Origin: an uncultured Acidobacteriota bacterium
Lineage (GTDB): Bacteria; Acidobacteriota; Vicinamibacteria; Vicinamibacterales; CAVVIG01
Assembly: GCA_963748265.1 (NCBI GenBank)
Contig: CAVVIG010000009.1
Span: 332,661-396,660, forward strand
Direction of reading: 5' to 3'
DNA length: 64,000 bases
A program made the position numbers and the translations under genes. How positions within the stretch are numbered: position 1 is the stretch's first letter; each line of letters opens with the position of its first letter. The notes beneath the pieces are model-generated. The model saw only the letters and a program-made list of their open reading frames with translations. It did no database searches and was not told the origin of the DNA. This document shows positions 41,770-53,504 of the stretch, piece by piece.

Positions 41770-43258
41770 ATGCAGCGGGTGAAGTTCGGATCGTTCCTCG
41801 TCGTCGCCACGGCAGTTGCGGCGTCGATCGCCGGGTGTACATCGAATCCGGGCAGTGCACAGGCGATCGGGCAGGCGTCGGACACCCGGACGGCGACGCT
41901 GTTCAGCGGCGCCAGGGTCATCGTCGGCGACGGCACCACGACGATCGAGAACGCGGCGTTCGTGGTGGAGGGAAACCGCATCACGAGCATCGGCCGCACC
42001 GGCGAGGTGCAGGCGCCTTCGAACGCCACCCGTGTCGATCTGAGCGGCAAGACCGTGATGCCGGCGATGCTGGACCTGCACAGCCATCTCGGTTACGAGA
42101 ACACCGCGACCAACAAGGAAGACGAGACGTACTTCACCCGCCAGAACGTCATCGATCACCTCGAGCGGTTCGCTTACACAGGACACGCGCTCACCCACAG
42201 CCTCGGCAACGACAACCCTGAAGTCTTCGACGCCCGGTACGCGGCCGACGCCGCGACGTTCGTCGACCTGCGGGTCGAGTCGCAGCAGGACTCGTTTACC
42301 GGCGCCCGCTACTACACCATCGGGCGCGGCCTGGCGTGGGAAGGGACCGGCAACCCGCGCAGCAGCGCCCCGTACCCGATCTTCAAACCGCTTCAGGCGA
42401 GGCTCGCGGTCCGCGAACTGCACGCGCAGGGCATCAAGTTCGCGAAGCTCTGGCTCGAAGATCGCGGCGGCTACCAGATACCGGATCAGAAGGGTCCGTT
42501 CGTGCTCACGCAGGAGAGCTATACGGCGGCCATCGAAGAAGCGCACCGCCTCGGCATGCGCACGATCGCCCACGTCAAGACGCTGGCCGACACGAAGGCG
42601 ATGATCCGTGCCGGTCTCGACATCCAGACACACCCGATCCAGGACGTCGCGGTCGACGCCGAACTGATTGCGCTCGTGAAGGCGCGGCCCGAATTTCTGG
42701 GTGATCCCGGTCATTACACCGGCGGGACAGGGCGGCAGCGCTCCGCGCGCACCCGGCGAGCGGCCGGTCTGGCTGCAGGACCCGATGCTTCGTGCCGTCA
42801 AGTGCGAGGCCGATCTCGATCGGTGGGGTCAGTCGTTCGTGACCAGCAAGCGCGTGCCGACTGCTACCGGAAATCTGACCGGCGAGAACATCGCCGCGCT
42901 CTACAAGGCCGGTGCGCACATGGCGCTTGGCAGCCACGACGCCGGTGGCACCCGTCCCCTCGGATGGGGGAGCCACATGGAGCTCGAGGCCTTCGTGAAC
43001 TGGGTCGGCATGACTCCGCACCAGGCGATCGTCGCGGCCACGAGCGGCGCGGCCAGGCTCTTCGGGATCGAGGACAGCCTCGGAACGCTCGCGGCCGGCA
43101 AGGGAGCGGACTTCATCGTGCTCGACGCGAACCCGCTCGATGACATCAGAAATACACGTCGCATTTCGGATGTGTACCTCAGGGGCACGAAGGTCGATCG
43201 CGCAGGCATGGCGGCCCGCTGGAAGGCCGCGTGCGATCGTGCCGTGCCCACGAACTGA
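41770..43258 (+). CDS. Amidohydrolase-superfamily lipoprotein; one frameshift near 42700
   Basis: MQRVKFGSFLVVATAVAASIAGC (lipobox), VMPAMLDLHSHLGY (metal-binding H-x-H), ...IAHV..., and the C-terminal part GSHDAGG...GKGADFIVLDANPLDDIRNTRRISDVYLRG. An AGGAGG Shine-Dalgarno sequence lies upstream. Confidence 0.7.
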
Positions 43259-43315
43259 GAGTCAGGCGTGCTCGTTGCGCCGCCACGCTTGGTACAGGTT
43301 CAAGGAGATACGGGC

Positions 43316-46195
43316 ATGAGAATCCACAAATGTCGTCGTCGTAGCGGCGCTGGCGTTCGTCGCGGTCATGGCAGCGGCACCGCCGGTCCGGGCGCAGAGT
43401 GCGATTGGCGGCGTCGTGCGCGACACGAGCGGCGCGGTGCTGCCCGGTGTCGCCGTCGAGGCGTCCAGTGATGTCCTGATCGAGAAAGCCCGCTCCGCCG
43501 TCACCGACACCCAGGGCCAGTTCCTCATCGTCGACCTGCGCCCGGGCATGTACATCGTCACGTTCACGCTGTCCGGATTCAGCACGGTGCGGCGGGAGGG
43601 ACTCGAACTCCCGGCTTCGTTCACGGCCACCGTGAACGCCGAGATGCGCGTCGGAGCCCTCGAGGAGACGATCACGGTCTCGGGTCAGGCGCCGACCGTG
43701 GACATCCGCAGCGCGACGACGACGAGGGTCGTCGCGCGCGACGTGTGGGAGTCGCTGCCATCCGCGCGCAACGTCCAGGCCGTGGCTCAGTTGATGCCCG
43801 GCGTGAGGATGAACGTGTCGGACGTCGGCGGATCTCAGGCAATGCAGCAGCAGAACTTCAACGTTCGAGGGTCCGATGGGAGCAACAACACCGTCACGTT
43901 CGACGGCATGAACCTGAACTCGCTGCTGGGTGACGGGGCGACGGTCCCGTATTTCAACGACGCCACCGTCCAGGAATTCAGCTTTCAATCCGGTGGCCTC
44001 GAGGCGGACACGACGGCTGGCGGTGGACGTCTCAACATCACGCCGAAGGACGGAGGGAACCAGTTCAAGGGGAACGCGTTCGTCGCGTACAACGCCGAAT
44101 CGTGGCAGAGCAACAACTTCACCGACGAGTTGAGGGCCGCCGGGCTGACGTCGAGCGGCGCGATTCTCGGGATGTACGACGTGAACGGATCGATCGGCGG
44201 TCCCATCATGCGGGATAAGGTCTGGTTCCTGTTCGCGGCCCGGAAGTACGGCGTGGACAACCGGATCCCCGGCGTGGACATCATCGACAGTCAGTTCATC
44301 AGGCTTGCGACCGGTCGTGTGACGTGGCAGATGACGCCGAGCAACAAGCTGTCGGTTCACTACGATCGCATGTACAAGCTTCGCGACCACCGGTACGAGC
44401 CGCCGCAGGTCTTCCTCGACGAGGAAGCCTCGAGGATTCACGACAACCCGATCTACTACTGGGCCGTCATCAAGTGGACCTCGACGATCAGCTCGCGCCT
44501 GCTGTTCGAGCTGGGACAGACGGATTACGTGCAGCCGAACACCATCCGGTACCAGCCGGGCGTCGGCAAGGTTCCGTTCACTCCGGATTGGTACATCAAC
44601 GCGTCCAGGGCGGACCGCGACCTGAACACGATCTGGACGTCGCCGGCCACCTCGACGCGCAGCACGCCCGAGCGCTACAGCTGGCAGGGAGCGCTGTCGT
44701 ACGTGACGGGCTCACATCACTTCAAGGTGGGCGGCAACTGGGCGTGGGGCCGGCAGCGCGGCTGGGCGGAAGCCAACGGCGACCTCCAGCAGGAGTATCG
44801 CAACGGCGTACCGGACACGGTTCTGGTTCGGAACACGCCCGTGATGTACTCCGACGCGTTCATGAACGCGGACTCAGCGCTGTTCGCGCAGGATGCGTGG
44901 ACGCTGAAGCGGCTGACGCTGACGGGCGGCGTACGGTTCCGGGTACTTCGACGCGAGCATTCCCGAACAGACGTCGCCGGCGGGCCGCTTCGTCGGGCCG
45001 CGGCGCTTCGCGGCAATCGAACACGTCCCGCAATTCAGCAACATCGTCCCCCGGTTTGCCGCGGTGTACAGCGTGTTCGGCACAGGCAGGACGGCCATCA
45101 AGGGCAACGTCAGCAAGTACCTCGATCAACGCACGCTCAGCCTGACGACGCCGTACAGCCCGCTCGCGGCGATTACCGGGCGCGTGCCATGGCGCGACAT
45201 CAATGGCGACGACATCGCGCAGGGTGAACTGGGCTGTACGTATCTCACGGCGGGGTGCGAGATACAGTTTTCGGCGCTGCCCAATAACTTCGGCACCAGG
45301 GCGCTGAACATCCAGGATCCGGACCTGCAGCGGCCGTCGAATCTCGAAACCAGTCTTTCAGTGCAGCACGAACTGCTGCCGCGGCTCTCGGTCAGCGGGG
45401 GTTCGGTACCACCGGACGTTCCAGAACATCCTGCTCGAGGACTACGTGGATCGCAGCCGGGCCGACTACACGCCGATCTCGGTCGTCAGCCCGCTCGACG
45501 GCGCGGTGATGACAGCCTGGAACCTCGCTCCCGCGAAGCTGCCGCTCACGCAGCGCATGGACACGAATGCCACGTCCGACCGGAAGCAAATCTTCAACAG
45601 CTTCGAGTTCAACTTCCAGGCGCGCGTACCGGGTGGTGTCACGATCTTCGGTGGCACGGCGCACCAGCGAGCCCAGACGGTCACCTGCGATCAGCCGGAT
45701 GATCCGAACCTGTTACTCTTCTGCGATCAGCGCAACTACGACCTTCCGATCCAGACCGACTTCAAGCTGAACGTCGCCTACCCCACTCCCTTGTGGGGGA
45801 TTCAGGTGAGTGGCGTCCTTCAGAGCTATCAGGGCAAGCCGGCGCAGACCGACTGGCTCATCACCCGTACGACCCGGTATGCCGCCGATTGCCTCGGCCC
45901 CTGCACGCCAGGCGCGCTCGTGATTCCCAATCTCACCGAGACGTCGCTGACACTTCCGCTGCTCTCCAGGGGAACCCAGTTCCTCGATCGGCACAACCAG
46001 ATGGACATGCGCCTCGGCAAGCGGATGCAGTTCGGACGCACGCGCGTCAATGCCCAGGTCGACATCTTCAACGTGCTCAATGCAAATCCGGTCGAGATCG
46101 TGCGCTCGTTCAATTACGGGACGTCGGGATACATGCTGCCGGCGCAGGTGCTGCAGGCGCGGCTGGTGAAGGTGAGCGGAACCCTCGAGTTCTGA
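43316..46195 (+). CDS. TonB-dependent-receptor-like outer-membrane beta-barrel with N-terminal CarboxypepD_reg domain (Oar-like); about 3 frameshifts
   Basis: Signal peptide VVVVAALAFVAVMAAAPPVRAQ. Then GGVVRDTSGAVLPGVAVEASSDVLIEKARSAVTDTQGQFLIVDLRPGMYIVTFTLSGFSTV (carboxypeptidase-regulatory-like). Plug-like region: VVARDVWESLPSARNVQAVAQLMPGV. The C-terminus is ...VKVSGTLEF* with a terminal Phe. Confidence 0.75.
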
Positions 46196-46227
46196 TCGGG
46201 GGCGGCCGGCACTCACGGCCGCCGATC
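46194..46227 (+). terminator. Strong GC hairpin right after the outer-membrane-protein stop (terminator or attenuator candidate)
   Basis: GATCGGgggGGCGGCC-ggcactcac-GGCCGCC-GATC, overlapping the outer-membrane-protein stop codon (46193-46195). A GGGAGG Shine-Dalgarno sequence and the next ATG (46244) follow. No U-tract is present. Confidence 0.4.
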
Positions 46228-46243
46228 GGCAAGGGAGGAAGTC

Positions 46244-47646
46244 ATGAGAGCCGGACGCGCGTGGCCGTCTCTTGCCGCCGTCGCGCTGTGCGCGGCGGTG
46301 TCCGGAGCGTTGCACCTGACCGCCACCGCGCAAGGCGGACAGCCCGAGGCCGGCGGCGCGCTGCCGGACGGCACGGAATACCTGATGAGGGTGCCTCCGA
46401 ACTGGAACGGCACCCTCATCAGGGATCTCGACTACGCGTCCGGCGCAGGGAATCCGCGCTGGAAGGCAGTGCTCGAGCGCGGGTACGCGCGTCGCGGGCA
46501 CCGGCCGGCATCGACTCAGGCTCTATCAATACGATCCGATCCGTGAGATCGCGAACCTCGATCTGACGCTGGACCTGTTCGAGCAGCGGTTCAGCAAGCC
46601 ACGCCGCGTCATCCAGTACGGATGTTCGGGTGGAGGGTTCGTCGGCCTTGCCGTCGCGGAGGACTTCTCGACGCGTGTCGATGGCGTGATTGCGACCGCG
46701 GCGCACATCCCCGTGTGGCAGATGAACACGTTCCTCGACGGGTGGTTCGTGCTGAAGGCGCTCATCGCCCCGGACCTGGCGATCGTCGATCTGCCAGTGG
46801 AGGCCTCCGGCGGAACCGATCACGGCACCGAGGGCGAACTTCCGCAGGCATGGCGGCGGGCGATTGACGCGGCGCAGCGGACGCCAGAGGGGCGGGCTCG
46901 CATCGCGCTGGCGTTCACGATTGGACAGTGGCCGGCGTGGGCGGGACACCAGCTCACGCCGCAGCCGCTCCCGGACGACGTCGCGGCACTCCAGCACAGC
47001 ATGTATCACACGCTGTTTCACAACGCCGAGAACCCGGGTGGAGAAGCCCGCATCAGGAAGGAGCTCGCGGCGTCCGGTCAGCAGCTGTCGTGGAACACCG
47101 GCGTGGACTATCGCGAGTACTTCGCCAACGGCAACGAGTCGTTCAAGAAGGCCGTCCGGCAGCTGTATGCGGAGGCGCGTGCCGATCTCGACGCCGATAT
47201 CGCCCGCGTCAACGCGTTTCCGAGGGTGACGGCGTCACCGTACACGCTGGAGTGGTGGAACAGGCCCGGCCGAACGGCCAAGGGCACTCCCAGGATTCCG
47301 CTGCTGCGCCTGCACGAAGTGGGCGACCAGCAGGTGCCGATCAGTCTCGTGCAGGGGTACGGCGACCTGATTCGCGCCAACGGGAAGGACGACCTGTATC
47401 GCTTCGCCGCGGTCAATTCGCCGGCGCACTGCAACTACACGCGCGGCCGAGACGTTGGCGGCCGTCGAGACCATGATGCGCCGGCTGGACACAGGAGCGT
47501 GGGGGAGCACGGAGCCCGAGCAGATGAACGCGCTGGCCGCGTCGCTCAACCAGAGCGCCGCACGGTTCACGCGCCTGGCTCCTGTCGCGCAGACGAAGTA
47601 CAACCGCACCTGGGCGCCGGCAGCGGGCGCGCAAACAGGACGCTGA
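46244..47646 (+). CDS. Secreted alpha/beta-hydrolase-like protein (tannase/feruloyl-esterase-like GCSGGG motif); 2 frameshifts
   Basis: Signal peptide MRAGRAWPSLAAVALCAAVSGALHLTATAQ, then RRVIQYGCSGGGFVGLAVAEDF (G-C-S-x-G-G nucleophile elbow), then ...LLRLHEVGDQQVP. The family assignment is tentative. Confidence 0.45.
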
Positions 47647-47651
47647 GCCGA

Positions 47652-48533
47652 CTACTTGAACGAGTCCGGATGGAGCGCACGGGCGAAGCGTTCCGCTGCG
47701 GTCGCAACGCGGGGCCCGGGGACCACGAACTCGTCGCCCGACACCAGGTAGATCCGGCCGGTCCGCACGGCAGGCACCGACGGCAGCGCGTTCCACACGC
47801 GGCGCTCGGCATCGATGTCGAGCGCCTTCAGTGAATCGCCGTAGTGCACTTCGACGATCGCCTCCGGCGCCCGCGCGATCACCATCTCTGTGCTCATCGA
47901 GACGGCCGCCTGGCGGATATCGCCCAGGACATCGGTCCCTCCGGCCACGTCGAGGAGATCGTGCAGGAACCCGTAGCCGCCGCTCGCGTTGATACCGCGC
48001 AGGGACCCGGGCTGCCGCCCGAACACGAGCAGCGTTCGCGGCCGCGGCTGGCCGGCCACGCGCGATCGGATCGCCGCGAGCTGCTCCTCGAGGCGCCGTG
48101 CGGCGGCGTCCGCGCGATCGGCCGACCCGATCCGCTGTCCGAGCGAGCGCATCGCGACGGTGACGTCGGCCAGCCCTTCGTGTCTGTAGAGAAACATCGG
48201 GATGCCGGCGCGTTCGAGCTGCCGTCTCAGGTCGGTCTGCGTCTCGTAGACGATGACGAAGTCGGGCTTCAGCGCAAGCAGCCGCTCGACGCTGGGATCG
48301 AGCAGGCCGCCGAGCCGCGGGAGCTTGTCCACGTCGGGCGGGTAGCGATCGTAGCTGCCGACGCCGGCGATGCGCGGACCGTCGCCCATGGCGAACAGCA
48401 TCTCGGTCGTCGCTGGAACCAGCGACACGATCCGCCGCGGTGTGGCGTCCGCCGGCGCACGCTGTGCGGACGGTCGTGGCGCGCTCACCACGATCGCCGC
48501 GACCGCGGCGACAACGATCAGCGCCAGGCGCAT
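47652..48533 (-). CDS. btuF: Periplasmic cobalamin/siderophore-type ABC substrate-binding protein (BtuF-like)
   Basis: MRLALIVVAAVAAIVVSAPRPSAQ (signal)...RIVSLVPATTEMLFAMG...LKPDFVIVY...RTLLVFG...PEAIVEV...GRIYLVSGDEFVVPGPR. Its ATG overlaps the btuC stop (TGATG). Confidence 0.75.
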   Translation of the reverse strand: MRLALIVVAAVAAIVVSAPRPSAQRAPADATPRRIVSLVPATTEMLFAMGDGPRIAGVGSYDRYPPDVDKLPRLGGLLDPSVERLLALKPDFVIVYETQTDLRRQLERAGIPMFLYRHEGLADVTVAMRSLGQRIGSADRADAAARRLEEQLAAIRSRVAGQPRPRTLLVFGRQPGSLRGINASGGYGFLHDLLDVAGGTDVLGDIRQAAVSMSTEMVIARAPEAIVEVHYGDSLKALDIDAERRVWNALPSVPAVRTGRIYLVSGDEFVVPGPRVATAAERFARALHPDSFK

Positions 48534-49573
48534 CAGGCGCGACGGAGAAGCAGCCATAGAAACACCGGACCTCCGATGATGGCCGTGACGATGCCCACCG
48601 GCAGCTCGAGCGGCGCGAGGACGGTTCGCGCCGCGAGGTCGCAGCCGATGAGCAGCGTCGCGCCGAAGAGCGCCGACGCCGGCATCACGAGGCGATGGTC
48701 GGCGCCGACGACGAGCCGCACGAGATGCGGAACGATGATGCCGACGAACGACACCGGTCCCGCCATCGAAACCGCGGCCCCGGTCGCGAGCGATGCGCTG
48801 ACGAGCGCGATCCGTTCGCTGCGTTCCACGTCCACGCCGCGCGCTGCCGCCGACTCGGAGCCGACGCTGACGAGGTCGAGGATTCGCGGCAACATGGCAA
48901 AGCCCACCCATGACATTGCCATGGGGACGAGCGCAGCCGCTATCGGCGCGTAGGACGAGACGTCGAGCGACCCCATCAGCCAGCGGACGTTTCGAAACGT
49001 CTGCGTGAAGTCCGCGACGTACTGCACGAAGCCCATCACGGCCGACAGCAGCGCGGTCAGCGTGACGCCGCCTAGCAGCAGCACCGTCGTGGACGTCCCG
49101 GAGCGCCGGACCGCCGACAGGCCGTAGACAATCGCGAGCGCGCCGAGCGAGCCCGCGAAGCTGGCAATCAGCAGCGGTGGCAGGCCGAGCCACGCGAAGT
49201 CGGCGTCGAACGTGATCGCCAGCATCGCGCCGAGCGATGCGCCAGCCGAGACGCCGAGCGTATCGGGTGAGGCGAGCGGGTTCCGCAGCAGCGCCTGGAA
49301 CACGACGCCCGCCAGCGCCAGCCCGCTGCCGACCAGTGCGGCCGCCAGCACGCGCGGCAGGCGCGCGATGAAGAAGATCTGCGCGTCGGTGTTCTCGGCG
49401 TACGGCCTGCTGCGATCGAAGACCGCCGACAGGCTGATCGTGGTGCTGCCGACCAGCGGCGCCAGCACGCAGGCGGCGAGCGCCAGCGCTCCGAACGCGG
49501 CGATGGTGATCGCCAGGCGCCGTCGCAGGGGCCTCCCGCCGCGCGCGAGCGACGCGTCAGCGTGCGGTGGCAA
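48533..49573 (-). CDS. btuC: FecCD-family ABC permease (BtuC-like)
   Basis: Intact 346 aa: IFFIARLPRVLAAALVGSGLALAGVVFQALLRNPLASPDTLGVSAGASLG...GPVSFVGIIVPHLVRL...PVGIVTAIIGGPVFLWLL. Confidence 0.85.
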   Translation of the reverse strand: MPPHADASLARGGRPLRRRLAITIAAFGALALAACVLAPLVGSTTISLSAVFDRSRPYAENTDAQIFFIARLPRVLAAALVGSGLALAGVVFQALLRNPLASPDTLGVSAGASLGAMLAITFDADFAWLGLPPLLIASFAGSLGALAIVYGLSAVRRSGTSTTVLLLGGVTLTALLSAVMGFVQYVADFTQTFRNVRWLMGSLDVSSYAPIAAALVPMAMSWVGFAMLPRILDLVSVGSESAAARGVDVERSERIALVSASLATGAAVSMAGPVSFVGIIVPHLVRLVVGADHRLVMPASALFGATLLIGCDLAARTVLAPLELPVGIVTAIIGGPVFLWLLLRRA

Positions 49574-50361
49574 GCGGCACGACCGTCAGGTGGCCAGCGC
49601 GAGGGTGGAGCTGCACGTCGGCGTCGATGCCGTACAGCGCGCGGATGTTGGCGGGCGTGAGCGTCTGGTCAGGCGAACCTTGCGCGAGCACGCGCCCGCG
49701 TTCGAGGAGCACGATGTGCTGGCACAGCGACGCGGCGAGGTTCAGGTCGTGCGTTGACACCACCATCGTCGTGCGGCGTTCCTCGTTCAGCCGCCGCAGC
49801 AGCGCGGCGATCTCGAACTGGTACCGCAGGTCGAGCGCAGTGGTTGGCTCGTCGAGCAGGAGGACGTCGGACGACTGCGCGAGCGCGCTCGCGATGACGA
49901 CGCGCTGCTTCTCGCCTCCGCTCAGCGTGGCGAACGGCCGATGTTCGAACTCGCGATGTTCCGGTGACGCGCAGCGCTTCCCTCGCGATCTCCAGGTCAC
50001 GAGGGCCTTCGAGCTCGAACGGGCCCAGGTGCGGATACCGCCCCATGAGCACCATTTCGATCGCGCTGAAGTCGAACGTGCCGCGCGTTTCCTGGGCGAC
50101 GACCGCGAGCCTTCGTGCGAGCTCGCGGCGGCCCATCCGCCCGATCGCGCGGCCGTCGAGCAGCACGTCGCCCGAACGGGGTGGCAGGACGCCCGCCATA
50201 AGCCGCAGCAGCGTCGTCTTGCCGGAGCCGTTCGGGCCGAGCAGACCGACGATTGACCCGCGGGCGACCGTGAGCGTCGCGTTGGACAGGACAGCCGGCG
50301 CGTCCGGCGTGCGCCCGTATCCGAACGTGACGTCACGAACCTGCAGGATGGCGTCGGTCAT
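49557..50361 (-). CDS. btuD: ABC transporter ATPase (BtuD/FecE-like); one frameshift near 49960
   Basis: LLGPNGSGKTTLLRLMAG (Walker A)...VVAQE... / LSGGEKQRVVIASALAQSSDVLLLDEPTTALDLRYQ (signature and Walker B)...VSTHDLNLA. Confidence 0.8.
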
Positions 50362-50367
50362 CGCACC

Positions 50368-52597
50368 TCAGAACTCGACGCGCACCCCGGCACGCGCCGC
50401 GCGGCCAAGCGCCGTGTAGCCGAGCGGCTGCTGGTACTGCCGGTCGGCGAGGTTGTCGACGGCCACCAGCGCGACGATCTGCGGAGCGAGGCGCCACGAC
50501 GCTCTGGCATCCCACGTTGCCCAGCCCGGGTTTTCGACGATTGGTGGTTCGAGCGACGAGAAGTCGCTGTCGACGAAACTGCCGATGAACGTGCCGGTCA
50601 CGTCGAAAGCAAGCCGCCGCCAGTTCCACGAGCCCTGGACGAACCCCGAGTGACGCGGCCGCCTGAACGCCGCGTTGCCGACGGCGAATACCGGGCTGAA
50701 CTCCGACGTGCTCTCGAGGATCTCGGAGGTGAGGAACGTATAGCCGCCGCGCAGGCGCAGCGCTTCGGTCGGTGCGACCTCCGCGCCGAACTCGGCGCCG
50801 CTCGCGCTGGTGAGCCCCACGTTCACGTACTGCGAGTTGCTGCCGCCGGTCGATCGCAGGCCGATGATGTTGCGGAACTCGTTGTCGAACCAGGTGACGT
50901 CCAGCTTCACGCGGTCGGAGCCCATGCGCTGCTCGATCCCGACCTCGAACGACCGCGATCGCTCCGGCTTCAGGTCCGGGTTGCCGAGGAAAAACGGCGA
51001 GAGGCTGAAGCTCTGAATGAGCGTCGGCTCCTTGATGCCGAGACCGGCTGCGGCGCGGATGCGGGTGTCGCCGACGCTGCCGCTGCGTTCGCGCAGCGCG
51101 TACACGACCGAGGCGCGTGGGACGGCCGCGACACCAAAGCTCTCGTTGTTCTCGATGCGGCCGCCGACGGAGGTGGAGAGCTTGCCGAGCAGCATCTGAT
51201 GCTGCACGGCGACGCCGAAGTTGTCGCGCGACGGATTCGTGAGCTCGCCGCTCATCAGGTCCTCGAGCTCGGCGCGCTCCCCCGTCCAGTCCGCGAGCGC
51301 CGACACCAGGTGCGTGCCCGCGCGCGGCGACGTCGCGAGGCGCCAGTCCGCCTGGTAGCTCGCGTAGTGGCGGCGCAGCCGGTTGCGGGTGTCGAACGTG
51401 AAGTCGTACCACTCGAACGGCGACGTCGACTCGCCGTAGGTCGGCGTGTACGGCGGATCGGCCACGAGGTTCACCGACGCCTGGTTCGTTCGGCCGTTCG
51501 AGTAGGTTGCGCGCTGCCGGAACGCCCGCGTCACCTGCTGATCGAAGGTGACGCCCAGGGCCACGAGGTTCTGCTCGAAGTAGGCGTCGAGATCGGGACG
51601 GCCGTACTCGGTCTGCCCGGGGGTGCCGGTCTTGCCGAGTTCGCCGCGCACGACGCCGCGCAGAGTGGTCCGCTCGTTGATGGCCGCGCCGACGGTCGCC
51701 GAGAGCGTGGTGTTGTCGAACGCGCTGTTCGGGACGCGGTTGTCGGTCGAGGTACTGCGCTGCTGCGAGCGAGTAGTCCCACAGCCCGGCGGCGCCAGAC
51801 GCGGACGCGGTTGCGTGCAGGGTGCCGTACGAACCGCCGTCGATCTGTCCGGATATCCGCGGACCGGCGTCGGCCGCCGATCCCCGTTTCGTGAACAGCT
51901 GCACGACGCTCGACATCGCGTCGGAGCCGAAGAGCGCCGAGTGCGCGCCGCGCACCACTTCCACGCGTTCGAGGTTCTCGGTCGTCAGGTTGGCGAAGTT
52001 GAAGGCGCCGCCCGGCTCGTTGAGCGGGATGCCGTCGAGCAGCACCGTGTTGTAGTTGCTCTCGCCGCCGCGCACGAACAGGCTGGTCACACCGCCGGGC
52101 GCGCCGGTCTGGACGATCGCGGCGCCCGGCGAGGTCCGCATCAGGTCCACGACGAGGGGCGCCTGACGCCTCGATATGTCCTCCGCGGTAAACGTCGTCG
52201 TTGCGACGCCCACCTGGCTCGAAGGCACCTCGGTCCTCGTGGCGGTGACGACGACGGTCTCTTCGACCGGTGCGATCGGCAGCTGGATGCGGAGCGGGCT
52301 GGTGGAGCAGGGGACGCGGGTGGAACGGAATCCGGCCAGCGACGCCTCGATCTCGCAGCGCTCCGGGAGGTCCAGCGTGAAGCGGCCGGCTTCGTCGGCG
52401 AAGATGTCTGCGGTGTTTCCGGTCGTGGCTGGGCTGACGATCCGGACGCGCGCGCGCGGCAGCGGGCGGCCGTTCTGGTCGACGACGACGCCGTCGGCGG
52501 CGAGCGCGGGTAGTGACGAAATGGCCATGAACAGGCAGGCCAGCAGCAGGCGACTGGGACGGCGGGCGAGTGCCCGGCCGGGGCGAAGGAATGGCAT
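50368..52597 (-). CDS. btuB: TonB-dependent receptor (BtuB-type by context) with N-terminal CarboxypepD_reg-like domain; reading frame broken at least 3 times
   Basis: MPFLRPGRALARRPSRLLLACLFMAISSLPALA (signal); GVVVDQNGRPLPRARVRIVS...; plug: ETVVVTATRTEVPSSQVGVATTTFTAEDI...VDLMRTSPGAAIVQTGAPGGVTSLFVRGGESNYNTVLLDGIPLNEPGG...NLERVEVVRGAHSALFGSDAMSSVVQLFTK. The barrel end is ...GYTALGRAARAGVRVEF*. Confidence 0.8.
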
Positions 52598-52599
52598 CA

Positions 52600-52835
52600 G
52601 TGCTCCTCTCGGCGTCTCACGCGCCGAAAAAGGACGCCCCCGGATAGGCCAGGTTTCCTGACTTGCGGATTGCGGCGGCACCCCGTGTCTTCCCAGACGA
52701 TCGTGTCGCCCAGTGACGTGTGTGGCGGTCGGGTCTTCAGACCCGCCGTCCTGGAGTGTCGCTAGCCGCTGACAGTGGCGGGACCGTGTGGGATTTGCAC
52801 CCACTTCGCGTGGCCGCCGGGGCGAGCGTCAAGTT
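52600..52835 (-). promoter_or_regulatory. Cobalamin (B12) riboswitch in the btuB leader
   Basis: The reverse strand reads ...GCGAAGUGGGUGCAAAUCCCACACGGUCCCGCCACUGUCAGCGG...CACUGGG...CUGGGAAGAC...CAAGUCAGGAAACCUGGCC... This is the conserved GGUG-AAAUCC-CACGG-CCCGCCACUGU core plus the B12 box (AGUCAGGAAACCUGGCC). A TATAGT -10-like hexamer sits at rc 52844-52849, and the RBS GAGAGGAG lies just before the ATG. Confidence 0.8.
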
Positions 52836-52938
52836 GTGTCCTGACTATAGCGCAAGGTGGGACCGGTTGCCTCGTCCGTGTATTTTTGCGTAACATAACC
52901 TGTTCGCACCCGAACATCCCACTTCTGACGAGGAGAGC

Positions 52939-53445
52939 ATGAGCAAGAGTTCGACCGTGACCGTTCGCGAGAAGCCTGTCGAGGACGTGGCTTCGGCGAG
53001 TGTCGGCGGCCTTACGATTCACGGTGAGACGTTTATCGTGCAGACCGACCAGCGGATCGAGCTCGTCGATCTCACCAACCGCGTCATGGAGTTCGTGCGC
53101 CGGTTCAACATCCGCGAAGGGCTCGTCAGCCTCTGGTCGATGCACACGACCTGCGCGCTCTTCATCAACGAGTTCCAGACCGCGCTGCTCTCCGACATGA
53201 AGCGGTTCCTCGAGCAGATGGTCGCGCGCGATGCCGAGTGGATGCACAACGACCCCGATCACTCCGACTGCGATCGGATGAACGCCGACTCGCACCTGCG
53301 CGCGCTCCTGCTCGGTCACAACCTCACGCTGCAGGTGAGCGGCGGCGAAGTCGTGCTCGGCCAGTGGCAGCGCATTCTCATGGCGGAGCTGGACGGCCCG
53401 CGCGCCCGGTCGCTCCGCATTCAGATCTTCGGCGTCTCGCAATAG
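52939..53445 (+). CDS. YjbQ/UPF0047-family protein (secondary thiamine-phosphate synthase-like)
   Basis: Intact 168 aa: IELVDLTNRVMEFVRRFNIREGLVSLWSMHTTCALFINE...DSHLRALLLGHNLTLQVSGGEVVLGQWQRILMAELDGPRARSL. Confidence 0.8.
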   Translation: MSKSSTVTVREKPVEDVASASVGGLTIHGETFIVQTDQRIELVDLTNRVMEFVRRFNIREGLVSLWSMHTTCALFINEFQTALLSDMKRFLEQMVARDAEWMHNDPDHSDCDRMNADSHLRALLLGHNLTLQVSGGEVVLGQWQRILMAELDGPRARSLRIQIFGVSQ

Positions 53446-53504
53446 ACGCCGCTCCCTGGATCAGGGGCGGCCAACGCGCCGCCGGTCGAACTCATATCCC
53501 ACGC

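Noticed and set aside
52844-52900. Full sigma-70 promoter for the btuB leader
   Set aside because: A TATAGT -10-like hexamer is present at a sensible distance from the riboswitch, but no acceptable -35 lies at 16-18 nt. It is mentioned only as supporting context.
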